Virus record (IMG/VR): IMGVR_UViG_3300007346_000024 | Direction: 5' to 3' (one strand) | Origin: an uncultured virus (IMG/VR IMGVR_UViG_3300007346_000024) | Taxonomy: Duplodnaviria > Heunggongvirae > Uroviricota > Caudoviricetes | Length of the DNA stretch: 64,000 nucleotides | Part shown: one piece after another, positions 56,127 to 64,000 of the stretch | Position numbering within the stretch: position 1 is the stretch's first letter | Layout of the letters: each line of letters starts with the position of its first letter | Notes under the pieces: generated by a model | Databases searched by the model: none | What the model saw: only the letters and a program-made list of their open reading frames with translations | What the model was told of the DNA's origin: nothing | Program-made: the position numbers and the translations under genes

Positions 56127-58242
56127 GAACCTTTGCTAAGGTTTTCTTCTTAGGGGAATTAGTTTTTAAAAGGCTAGCCTGAAGAGCTTTAACCTGATTG
56201 AGGTAATTGTTTTTTATGTACCTCCTAGCTTCTTCGTTATCTTTAATCTTATCTCTAGTTGAATTGTTTAGATTAGCAACAATAATAGGGAAGCTAGAAT
56301 TCATTGCTTTAACTGCTAACTTATTAGTTATTGTATGCTTAAAAGCAGATTCATTAAACGCTACTAAAGCTTCATCAGCAACTTCGTCAACTTCTTCTTG
56401 AGACATTGAATTCAACTCCCTCTTAGTAGCTCCGTAAAGAGCTTGTTCAGCAGCTCCTTTATCAAATTCTAAACTCTGATTAGAAGGCAAGTCGTTGTAA
56501 ACTCTTAAGAAGAAATCTTGGAAATCTTTAGTAATAGAAGCAATGTTATCTGATTGATTATCAGAATCATTAACCACCTCCGTGTAGAACACGTTAACAA
56601 TAGCAGGTACAAGGTATTTGCTCACTTCTAAAGGAACAACAGCTCCTTCAGTAGAGTACATTACAGCTTCCATGTATTTCTTAAGTGTGTCAGTCCACGA
56701 AATCAAACCTTGCAATCTTGTAGCCCCTTCAACCTCAACAACCATAGATTGATAAGCGTCTCTTAGTTTTTCAGAAATATCATCAGACACAGCGTCATAA
56801 CTTCCGAAAGTATCAATCAATTGCTCAATTTCACCCCTTAAAGACTGACTCTGTCTTTCTGACTGCTTAACATCTTTTCCAATGTTCTCAGGTTGTAAAA
56901 TATCAGATGTAAGGCAATCAAAAAGCCTTTCCGAAGTATCAAAAACCTCTCCTTTAGCAGACAGGTCTTCAAAGTTGTCTTCTAAAACTTTATAAAGAGA
57001 TGTGAATTTCTTTTCATTATTCCACTCTCCTTTAGAAGCGTTAGCTTGCATTACATTCTGAATAAACAAGTTTCCTACTAAGTCATTTTTGTTCATCAAC
57101 TTAGGAAGGAAGTTATATTGCCATTGAAGGTTTATCTCATCAATTTTCTGAACCAAGCTACTATCTATGATGTAATCTCCTTGCTCAATACCTCTATCAA
57201 TCATAGCGTCCTTAACGCTTTTGATGCAAGATTCAATATTGCTTTGCTCTAAATTGATTTGAGAACGTCTCCAAATAAGTAAATCTTCAGCAATCACCTG
57301 AACGAATCTTCTAAATAAAGCTTCCTCGATATTTTCAGTTTTATTAGCGATAGCCATAACTCTAGTATCAAGAACGCTTTGCTTATTATCAAGCTGAATA
57401 TTAAGCTCATCAATTATACTCTGATAACCTCCTTTATTTCCTTTTACTTTTGAAGGAACTCCAATACCCTTTCCATCATTAACGTCAATCATTCTAAAGT
57501 TCTTCAAAGTTCTTTCACGAACAATATGAAGTAACGGAGCGAATTTGTCTTTATCGTATTTTTCAACCTTGTCAATCTCATCTAAGATTAACCAATAATT
57601 ACCGTAACCTAACACTGTTGTAAGGTAAGCACAAAAGTCTTTTAAATCATCTCTGAAATACTCATCAGGAACTTGCTCTCCACCTTCGTTTTCATCCCTT
57701 TTCTCTAAATGCTTAAACATTGGAAAAGGTTTCGAGTTTAAAGTTACTTGTTTTCCTGTGTCTTCGTTATGCTCAACAAGTATAGCCGATTTTTCCAACT
57801 TCCCATCAGCTAGAATATCTTTTTCATCTCCCCATTTCAAGTAAGATAAACCATTTAAAAGCTGCTCTAATTTTAGGTAAGAAGCATCAAAATCACCATC
57901 ATAGTAATTCTTGATGAATTTTTCAAAAATAGCTCTACCATTAGAAACTGACTGACTAATAACTTCTGCATTTGGAAACCAATAAGGCTTTAAGTATTCA
58001 AGAATATCGCTTTTACCGTCCCCTCTTTCCGTTAATTTAGGAACACCCTCGATATTCTCTGACTTCTCAGAACCGATATACAATAATGAGTGTGTGATAT
58101 TCCATTTCTTAGTAATATCAATAAGCGTATATGATTTACCAATTGAAGACTTTCCTAATGTCAAAACAGGAATGTCGTACCTGATTAACTGTAGAACGGT
58201 CTTAATCGTTAAGTTACCGTCAAATGTCTGTTCGTTAGCCAT
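56107..58242 (-). CDS. MoxR-like AAA+ ATPase
   Basis: GKSSIGKS, LILDEIDK, MAIAN, ALFRRF. Confidence 0.8.
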   Translation of the reverse strand: MANEQTFDGNLTIKTVLQLIRYDIPVLTLGKSSIGKSYTLIDITKKWNITHSLLYIGSEKSENIEGVPKLTERGDGKSDILEYLKPYWFPNAEVISQSVSNGRAIFEKFIKNYYDGDFDASYLKLEQLLNGLSYLKWGDEKDILADGKLEKSAILVEHNEDTGKQVTLNSKPFPMFKHLEKRDENEGGEQVPDEYFRDDLKDFCAYLTTVLGYGNYWLILDEIDKVEKYDKDKFAPLLHIVRERTLKNFRMIDVNDGKGIGVPSKVKGNKGGYQSIIDELNIQLDNKQSVLDTRVMAIANKTENIEEALFRRFVQVIAEDLLIWRRSQINLEQSNIESCIKSVKDAMIDRGIEQGDYIIDSSLVQKIDEINLQWQYNFLPKLMNKNDLVGNLFIQNVMQANASKGEWNNEKKFTSLYKVLEDNFEDLSAKGEVFDTSERLFDCLTSDILQPENIGKDVKQSERQSQSLRGEIEQLIDTFGSYDAVSDDISEKLRDAYQSMVVEVEGATRLQGLISWTDTLKKYMEAVMYSTEGAVVPLEVSKYLVPAIVNVFYTEVVNDSDNQSDNIASITKDFQDFFLRVYNDLPSNQSLEFDKGAAEQALYGATKRELNSMSQEEVDEVADEALVAFNESAFKHTITNKLAVKAMNSSFPIIVANLNNSTRDKIKDNEEARRYIKNNYLNQVKALQASLLKTNSPKKKTLAKVLEFLFA

Positions 58243-58372
58243 TTCTTAATAAATTGAATTGTTATTTTAAATCTTATTCCTGTTTATGTTTGAAAATTTA
58301 TTTTTTAAAATATAAATTATTTCATCAAACATTTTGTTTTTCTTTAGCATTCTTTTAAACACCGAACTGTTG

Positions 58373-58380
58373 CAAAGATA
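58373..58380 (-). promoter_or_regulatory. -7 box TATCTTTG
   Basis: TAnnTTTG upstream of the AAA operon. Confidence 0.55.
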
Positions 58381-58430
58381 ATAAATAGACGCTGAGGTTC
58401 TACAATCTATTAACAACCTTGTTCTTAAAT

Positions 58431-60257
58431 TCAAGATATAGCTATCGTTTCTAGTAAATCTAGCTCGTCTTTAAGCTGCTTAATATCTTCTTTTGAGGCG
58501 TATGTAGTGTCTGAAAGAAGTAATTTTATTGTTTCTATTTCATTTTTAATTTGAATCAAGTCTTCATCATCAGAATCCTCGTCAGTTGAAAACAAATCCA
58601 TCTGAGCCTCTTCTGCCTCTTCCGTAAGAACCGCTCCTTTATCTAAAATAGACTCGTAAAGCTCTCTAATAGATTTAACTTTAAAAAACCCTTCTTCTTT
58701 AAGCCAATATTCAAGCTCGAAGAAACCATCTCTTGTAAAGAATAAATACTTAACAATATCCTCCTCTTTAGCATCGCTTAAAATATCTACAACATTAGAA
58801 TCATTGCTTTGCTCATAAAAAGCCATTAAGTTCTCGTAGCTTTTAATACCCGCTCTTTCAAAATCTCTCCTTGTTTCTCTAGGAGCAGCTTTAAGGTAGT
58901 CTTTTAGCTCTTTATCGTTTGTTATGTCTTCGTTCTCAACTATGTAGTCTATATCGTTTGAAAATGTATGTACAAAATCTTTAACATCAATCTGATAAAC
59001 CGACTCGGTCACATCTCCTTCTTTGCTTGTAGCGTCTATTAAATAGTCAAGCATCTTAACTTCATTCTTTGAAAGCTTTTCTTCGTCAATCCTATCTGTT
59101 ATTATCCAATTATAGATTCTAAACAGATTAGACCTGTTTCTTTCATTCATTGACTTGCTAAGGTCTGATTTCTTCCATTGGTTAAAATAACCAACTTCAC
59201 CACCTTTACGCATGATAATATCAGGGTTATTAGGGTCGTACATTCCTGAATTACCAATAGCTGATTTTATATGAGTAGGCTCAAAAACTATATAATGAAG
59301 GTCTCCATACTCAATACCTTCCATAGGCATCCCGTTTTTCCTACCCTGACCAAATTCATTGTAAGCATCCTGAATTATACCATCAAAACCATAGTCTTCT
59401 AATCCTTCTCTGATTATCTCAGAATTAACAAGCTCACCTTCATCATTAGTAGCGTAAAGCATCGTCTCTTTTAAAGCATTAAAAAAGTCTTTTGGAGTCA
59501 TTCTAGCCTCCTCATCAGTAAACTTGTTTTTCAATGTCTCAAGTTCTTCAATATTTACATCGTTATAAGAATTAGATGCTGATACTATCTTGTCAATAAT
59601 ATCAATCGCGTTGCCCTCTATTTCAGGGTTGTAGTCATCATAGTATTTTTCACGCTTAAGGTCTTCTATAGCATCCTCATACTCCCAATCCTCATCGTAA
59701 TCACCCCTATCTATCTCTCCCTTAGCCTCATCCTCATAATACTCCCAATCAATCTCAGCAAATATTGTTTCTTCATCTGAAGACATGTCAAAAGGATTTT
59801 CCATTTTTATAAAAGCAGGTATAACAGCTCCGTCATGCTCTCCTTTTAGTTTTTTAGTGGCTAATCTTTTTGAAAGGGTTTCTAGAAGCTCTTCGTTATC
59901 TCCGTTTTCAATCTCTTCAGCAACAGAAATATCTATATCGAATAAATCAACAAGCTCATTAGCATCCATGTTTTCAGCTTGAGATTTTATTTGGTCTGAC
60001 TTTCCTTCAATATTATTAGTAAGGTCAGCTCCTATTCCCGCATAATTAATACTCGCATCATCCGCTGAAGTTGTGAAGTAGTAACCTATACCTACAGCGT
60101 TACCGATAGTACCTCTATCAGGTTCAAAGCTATCGAAATCATGAGTCGTCCCATGATAAACAACTAAAGGCTCCCCATCTTCATCTACAACTTTACTTTC
60201 TCCAAACCAACGCTTAAAATTAGCGTTGTCCAACATTGATTTATTCATATTATTCAT
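58431..60257 (-). CDS. ART-PolyVal-type ADP-ribosyltransferase fusion protein
   Basis: FKRWFG.SKVVD.DG.PLVVYHGT...GYYFT...P.F.KMENP...GFDGII...YIVFEP..IKSA.GN.G.YDP...DI; MRKGG linker. Confidence 0.8.
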   Translation of the reverse strand: MNNMNKSMLDNANFKRWFGESKVVDEDGEPLVVYHGTTHDFDSFEPDRGTIGNAVGIGYYFTTSADDASINYAGIGADLTNNIEGKSDQIKSQAENMDANELVDLFDIDISVAEEIENGDNEELLETLSKRLATKKLKGEHDGAVIPAFIKMENPFDMSSDEETIFAEIDWEYYEDEAKGEIDRGDYDEDWEYEDAIEDLKREKYYDDYNPEIEGNAIDIIDKIVSASNSYNDVNIEELETLKNKFTDEEARMTPKDFFNALKETMLYATNDEGELVNSEIIREGLEDYGFDGIIQDAYNEFGQGRKNGMPMEGIEYGDLHYIVFEPTHIKSAIGNSGMYDPNNPDIIMRKGGEVGYFNQWKKSDLSKSMNERNRSNLFRIYNWIITDRIDEEKLSKNEVKMLDYLIDATSKEGDVTESVYQIDVKDFVHTFSNDIDYIVENEDITNDKELKDYLKAAPRETRRDFERAGIKSYENLMAFYEQSNDSNVVDILSDAKEEDIVKYLFFTRDGFFELEYWLKEEGFFKVKSIRELYESILDKGAVLTEEAEEAQMDLFSTDEDSDDEDLIQIKNEIETIKLLLSDTTYASKEDIKQLKDELDLLETIAIS

Positions 60258-60690
60258 TTTCTAAGTCAACTATCAAAAGTTCAAATTCATTCGGGCTTAA
60301 TATCTCGTAAACCTCATCAAAATAAACTTGTTTACGATTCATACACGCATATGAATTTATGTACTCACCCTTATCTAATTCACCCTTGAAAAAGTTAGTG
60401 AAATTAGTATTATGATACCTGTAAATGGAGTTATCTCCATGATATTCTAAGTCAAAACCTTTTTGATATTCTTTAAAAGCATCGAACAATAGAATCTTAG
60501 CACTTCTGTAGTTGATGATAACTTTATAAATATAGCCCGACTTGTGCTTTCTGCTCACCATGAATGGGTCGCTAAAAAGTTCGGGAATCCATCCTATTGA
60601 GTCCCAATCGTATTTTTCAAATACCTCGTTACTATGAAAATAAAACGATTCCATTACCAATTTAAGAAGCTCAATTCTTCTATAAACCAA
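60250..60690 (-). CDS. Hypothetical protein
   Basis: Aromatic-rich ORF; true start likely MESFYF (TAATG-coupled at 60654). Confidence 0.55.
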   Translation of the reverse strand: MVYRRIELLKLVMESFYFHSNEVFEKYDWDSIGWIPELFSDPFMVSRKHKSGYIYKVIINYRSAKILLFDAFKEYQKGFDLEYHGDNSIYRYHNTNFTNFFKGELDKGEYINSYACMNRKQVYFDEVYEILSPNEFELLIVDLENE

Positions 60691-61349
60691 TTAGAGATTA
60701 AACCTCCTTTCGACATTCCTTTTTTACCCTCTAAAGGACAAGCTATAACAGCTTTAACTCCCGATTTTAAAGATATAGTCCTAAACGAGTTTTTAACGTA
60801 AGAATCAGGGTTATTTTGTCTAATTCTATACGAGTCTTTGTACTCAGTAATTTTACCATATCTAAAATCATGGTCTTTAGCCCACATTCTAGATTGCTGT
60901 TTGTTAAATGCTGATTTATGGAATATAAGTGTTTGAATTTCAGTACCTACAGGACAAACAAAACCTCCGTCTTTGAAATAAACGCTTTCATTCTCAACTC
61001 TACAAGATTTCTCACCTTGCATTTCATTAAGAATTTCCGATATTGTTCCTTTTCTATCTCTTTTAGAGTCATCAAGAACAACCATTTTACAAACAATAAA
61101 ATCACCTGTATTCATTGCCTCTTGATTAAGCTCACAAACATAGCTAGTATAGATTTCGTCCAAAACCTCTTTATTGGTCATGGATTTAAAATCATACTCT
61201 TTATTTGAGTTGTAAGCCTCTCGGCAAATGTAGTATTCGTCTCCCTCTATCTCTATCTTTCTTCCCGTTTCAACTATTTCAGAAGGAATACCTCCTAAAG
61301 AATGGGGCTTCCCTATAAAAAGCCCCTTTGTATCCTTTTTTTTAGGCAT
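60654..61349 (-). CDS. Two-domain GG-linked protein with LSFLNW tag
   Basis: G.F.GKPH..GGI...EIEGDE domain; FKDGG; QTLIF.K..F...W...H...RIRQ..P domain; MSKGG; ends WFIEELSFLNW. Confidence 0.7.
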   Translation of the reverse strand: MPKKKDTKGLFIGKPHSLGGIPSEIVETGRKIEIEGDEYYICREAYNSNKEYDFKSMTNKEVLDEIYTSYVCELNQEAMNTGDFIVCKMVVLDDSKRDRKGTISEILNEMQGEKSCRVENESVYFKDGGFVCPVGTEIQTLIFHKSAFNKQQSRMWAKDHDFRYGKITEYKDSYRIRQNNPDSYVKNSFRTISLKSGVKAVIACPLEGKKGMSKGGLISNWFIEELSFLNW

Positions 61350-61350
61350 A

Positions 61351-61650
61351 TTAAAGACCTACAGATAAAGTGTCAGAGTCCCAACCATCAGCACTAGCCA
61401 TTTCTGACTTAGCAACAACTTCTTCAACAGTCTTAACATCATAAGCCGTGTCTCCTAATTCTTCAGCCATTGCTTCACCTTCAAGAGTCTCTTCCTCAGA
61501 AACACCTTCAGTTACAGCAGCTAAATCTGAACCTGAAACAACACCTTTGATTGCTTCTACCTTCTCTTCGTTTGCTTCTTTCTTTGTTAGGTGGTCATAA
61601 AGCAAATAAGCACCAACTCCGACAAGAGCAACTTTTAATACATTTTTCAT
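61351..61650 (-). CDS. Signal-anchored acidic membrane protein
   Basis: N-terminal TM; MASADGWD motif near C-terminus. Confidence 0.6.
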   Translation of the reverse strand: MKNVLKVALVGVGAYLLYDHLTKKEANEEKVEAIKGVVSGSDLAAVTEGVSEEETLEGEAMAEELGDTAYDVKTVEEVVAKSEMASADGWDSDTLSVGL

Positions 61651-61691
61651 ATTACCTTTTTTGAAACGTTTAAAAAAAATAGTTTATAAAA

Positions 61692-61721
61692 CAAAAGTAC
61701 AATCATTTTTTTTTACTTTTG
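61692..61721. promoter_or_regulatory. Divergent pair of -7 boxes
   Basis: TACTTTTG on minus (61692-61699) and on plus (61714-61721) between divergent genes. Confidence 0.65.
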
Positions 61722-61756
61722 ATTTTCAAGTATTTAATTTTTAAAAACAATTCACT

Positions 61757-62179
61757 ATGGCTATTAAAGGAAAGAAGATTTCTGAAGAGTTAAAAAAGGA
61801 AGCAAAAAAATTCAAAATCACTTTAACTGAGGTTAAAAAGGGTGAAAGAACTTACAAGACCGAAGCTAAATTAAGAAAGGAAATTGAAAAAGCTGTAAGC
61901 AAGTCTGAAAACGTTGCTAAAGCTAAAGAGGTTGAAACACCTATTAAGAAAGAAGAAACTAAAGAGTCTAACAAAACTTCAAAATTAGACGATTCTAAAG
62001 TTAAATCTTTTCATTCAAACGTAATGAGTACTAGCAGAAACGCTAATCAGTTAGTTAATTTTGCTAACAAAACATTCAGTGGTCTTGATGTTAAAGTGGA
62101 CAAGCTAAACCCTAAGCAAGTTAGGTTTATTGTTGAAGGAACAATGATTCCTGAAGAAGGTTATTATACTACGAAGTAG
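61757..62179 (+). CDS. Basic hypothetical protein
   Basis: K-rich; AKK..I.LT....G.R..K....L..EI.KA segment resembles the N-part of 34477..34914. Confidence 0.6.
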   Translation: MAIKGKKISEELKKEAKKFKITLTEVKKGERTYKTEAKLRKEIEKAVSKSENVAKAKEVETPIKKEETKESNKTSKLDDSKVKSFHSNVMSTSRNANQLVNFANKTFSGLDVKVDKLNPKQVRFIVEGTMIPEEGYYTTK

Positions 62180-62202
62180 TAGTTCAATACATAAAAAAAG
62201 AG

Positions 62203-62226
62203 AGCCTGATTTTTTCAGGCTTTTTT
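62203..62226 (+). terminator. Intrinsic terminator
   Basis: AGCCTGA-loop-TCAGGCT followed by T-run. Confidence 0.7.
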
Positions 62227-62346
62227 GTGATTAAATTCTTGTTTTTAAAATATAATAACTATATTCGTAAGCGTTCTTACAGTTTGAAATTAATAGATAC
62301 TTAGCAACGACATAGCTTGTGTGTTGAATTCTATTTTCGTTGCTAT

Positions 62347-62365
62347 AGCCCCCTTCTTGGGGGCT
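62347..62365. terminator. GC-rich hairpin at the end of the PSD-like gene
   Basis: AGCCCCC-TTCTT-GGGGGCT. Confidence 0.55.
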
Positions 62366-62372
62366 TCTCATT

Positions 62373-62792
62373 TTAAGAATATTCAAAGAATCCTAAATCA
62401 GTAATGCCACCGACTACTTTAGAACCCTTTTTTATATTTTTTGAGAAATCCACCTTCCCTTTAGGTATTTTTATCTTAGTCTCACTACCGTAGCTTATCC
62501 TAGATAGTCTTTCAGATGTGTTTATCTTCATCTCATTTCCTATAAAAGACTTTAGCTTACTCTTATTACTTAAAGATAGTTGATTTACAGAAACCTTACC
62601 TATTGGGGAATCTATTTCTGTTTTAATAAAAACCCTTGTAGAAGGAATTCTGTAATGATTCTTAATCTTTCCGAATATAGGGCAATATTGATTATGAGAG
62701 TCTAGTAAATTAGATTTTATAGTAATCTGAAGGTCATTTTCACCTTCTCTTATTTTTGTAACTATACCTGATGATGGGCTTTTTATGTTCAT
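62373..62792 (-). CDS. Phosphatidylserine decarboxylase-like proenzyme (likely start ATG 62792)
   Basis: IKSPSSG.V, D.H...CP..G.I, ER...I.YGS, G.KV.GG.T motifs; -7 box at 62814-62821. Confidence 0.55.
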   Translation of the reverse strand: MNIKSPSSGIVTKIREGENDLQITIKSNLLDSHNQYCPIFGKIKNHYRIPSTRVFIKTEIDSPIGKVSVNQLSLSNKSKLKSFIGNEMKINTSERLSRISYGSETKIKIPKGKVDFSKNIKKGSKVVGGITDLGFFEYS

Positions 62793-62813
62793 TGCTTTTT
62801 TTAAATTCTGATG

Positions 62814-62821
62814 CAAAGGTA
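62814..62821 (-). promoter_or_regulatory. -7 box TACCTTTG
   Basis: TAnnTTTG 22 nt upstream of ATG 62792. Confidence 0.55.
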
Positions 62822-63041
62822 TCGCTTTTTTAAAGGAATAATTAATTAATTTTATGATTGCACTCGCCATAGTGTATTTTCATTGTAGTATTATTTATTT
62901 TGGTTAATAATTCACTTACTACAAATTAGCCCATTAGCTTTACGCTTTTGGGCTTTTTTACTTAGATTAAATAGAATGCCGCCTGAAAAACAGGCAGCAA
63001 CTCTATCGTGGTAGGTATGTGCATTGCACATGGACGGAAAT

Positions 63042-63950
63042 TTATTGTTGGTTTTTTCTAGGTCTACCTCTACCCCTCTTAACAGGATTTTCAGGCAAAT
63101 CCTTTTCTATTACTTCAGTCTCTTCTTTATTTAGACTTGAAAACATATCTCTAGTACCTGAGTTAGTTTTTTTAGCAATATCCGTAGACTCTTCGATGTC
63201 TTTAGCTTTTTCTTCAGAATCCTTTAGGAAATTAGATAAGAATGAAGTGTCCGTAGAAGACTCAATCTTTTCTTCACTAACCTCAACATTTGCAATATCG
63301 CTAAAAGAACTTTTCTTTTGGATTTTAGCTTTTGGAAAAAGGTCGAAAATAGCAGCGTCACCATCATCAACAGCGTTTTTAAATCCTATAAGGAGTATTA
63401 CAGACGAATCATCCCAAACACCCTTGTCAGGAGAAAACTTTTTAAGCATATCTCCCTCAGAAATACCTTTTGCTTTAAAGAAGTTTATATACCCTTTCCA
63501 AGTGTCATCTTGAACATTATCATTGATAAATGATTTAATCTTGTTGATTATAGGGTTGATATAAGACGTTGGAATAGCTTTCAACACAGCATTTCTAAAA
63601 GCAATACTACAAGCAGCAGAACTTACCTTTTGAAGCTCTTCACCGCTCATAGGTAAATTATTATACTTAACAATGCTTCTTAATATTTCAATCTCAAAAG
63701 TTGAGTTTTTCTGAATGTCGTTTACAAATCCTTTTACGTAAATATACTTGCCGTCATTCTTAGTTATAGTAGCACCTGTTTTAATATTGCCCCAAGTACT
63801 AGCTATAATTTCAGCAAGACGAACACTAACTCCCGTGAAAGGTTTTCCATCACTGAAATTAACATAAAAACAGCTTATTGCTGAATCTATATCCATTGTG
63901 GAAAGCTCTAAAATCTCCTCAAGATTTTCTTTGATGTTTCTCTTTTGCAT
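63042..63950 (-). CDS. Conserved phage protein, possibly ssDNA-annealing (likely start ATG 63950)
   Basis: CFY...G..G.SVRLAE.IA..WGN...A.S.A.RNA.L..IP; C-terminal AT-hook-like KRGRGRPRK; -7 box TATATTTG at 63972-63979. Confidence 0.5.
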   Translation of the reverse strand: MQKRNIKENLEEILELSTMDIDSAISCFYVNFSDGKPFTGVSVRLAEIIASTWGNIKTGATITKNDGKYIYVKGFVNDIQKNSTFEIEILRSIVKYNNLPMSGEELQKVSSAACSIAFRNAVLKAIPTSYINPIINKIKSFINDNVQDDTWKGYINFFKAKGISEGDMLKKFSPDKGVWDDSSVILLIGFKNAVDDGDAAIFDLFPKAKIQKKSSFSDIANVEVSEEKIESSTDTSFLSNFLKDSEEKAKDIEESTDIAKKTNSGTRDMFSSLNKEETEVIEKDLPENPVKRGRGRPRKNQQ

Positions 63951-64000
63951 AGCTTGTGTTATTGTGTTGTTCAAATATATACAGTCCCGATTAAAAAAAC

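Noticed and set aside
110..63533. Many plus-strand ORFs in the track (e.g. 110..394, 12909..13325, 42226..42747, 54480..54791, 63019..63513)
   Set aside because: Antisense shadows of longer minus-strand genes with S/F/L-rich mirror composition
1..64000. Stop-codon reassignment as in some Bacteroidota phages
   Set aside because: Standard code gives dense, long, coupled ORFs; TAG and TGA occur as real stops
1..64000. tRNA, rRNA, integrase or transposase genes
   Set aside because: None recognisable by eye; intergenic gaps are short and AT-rich (tRNAscan not run)

Overview
AT-rich, gene-dense segment of a large virus genome, almost all on the minus strand. TAnnTTTG (-7) boxes in many intergenic gaps point to a Bacteroidota (probably Flavobacteriia) host. 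I recognise no terminase, portal, HK97 capsid, tail tube/sheath or tape measure. Instead there is an FtsK/HerA (A32/P9-type) packaging ATPase (29379-30245), a putative single jelly-roll major capsid protein (23900-24580), a capsid paralogue split by a ~500-aa insertion (27031-29316) and about 27 small single-pass membrane proteins. This suggests an unusually large tailless, internal-membrane phage. Layout: lysis and spike/fibre genes (1-11.7 kb); membrane and capsid morphogenesis (11.8-24.8 kb); GT2, vertex protein, ATPase and basic core proteins (25-35 kb); putative virion cargo/host-takeover region (35-61 kb) with two ADP-ribosyltransferases, a GNAT, an NlpC/P60 module, a DarB-like SNF2 helicase with a degenerate methylase, and a MoxR/peptidase/VWA set; then a phosphatidylserine decarboxylase-like gene. 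The most striking pattern is a set of shared short peptide codes. (i) A [FYM]-x-x-G-G-x-[VIL] motif (~25 copies, 10 in one 738-aa protein) sits at domain boundaries of cargo proteins, five of which end in the same LSFLNW tag. (ii) An aromatic-S-N-x-x-G motif is shared by the capsid N-terminus and many membrane proteins. Together they suggest an undescribed tag-package-cleave system delivering shuffled mini-effectors. All family calls are by eye from motifs, with no database searches.
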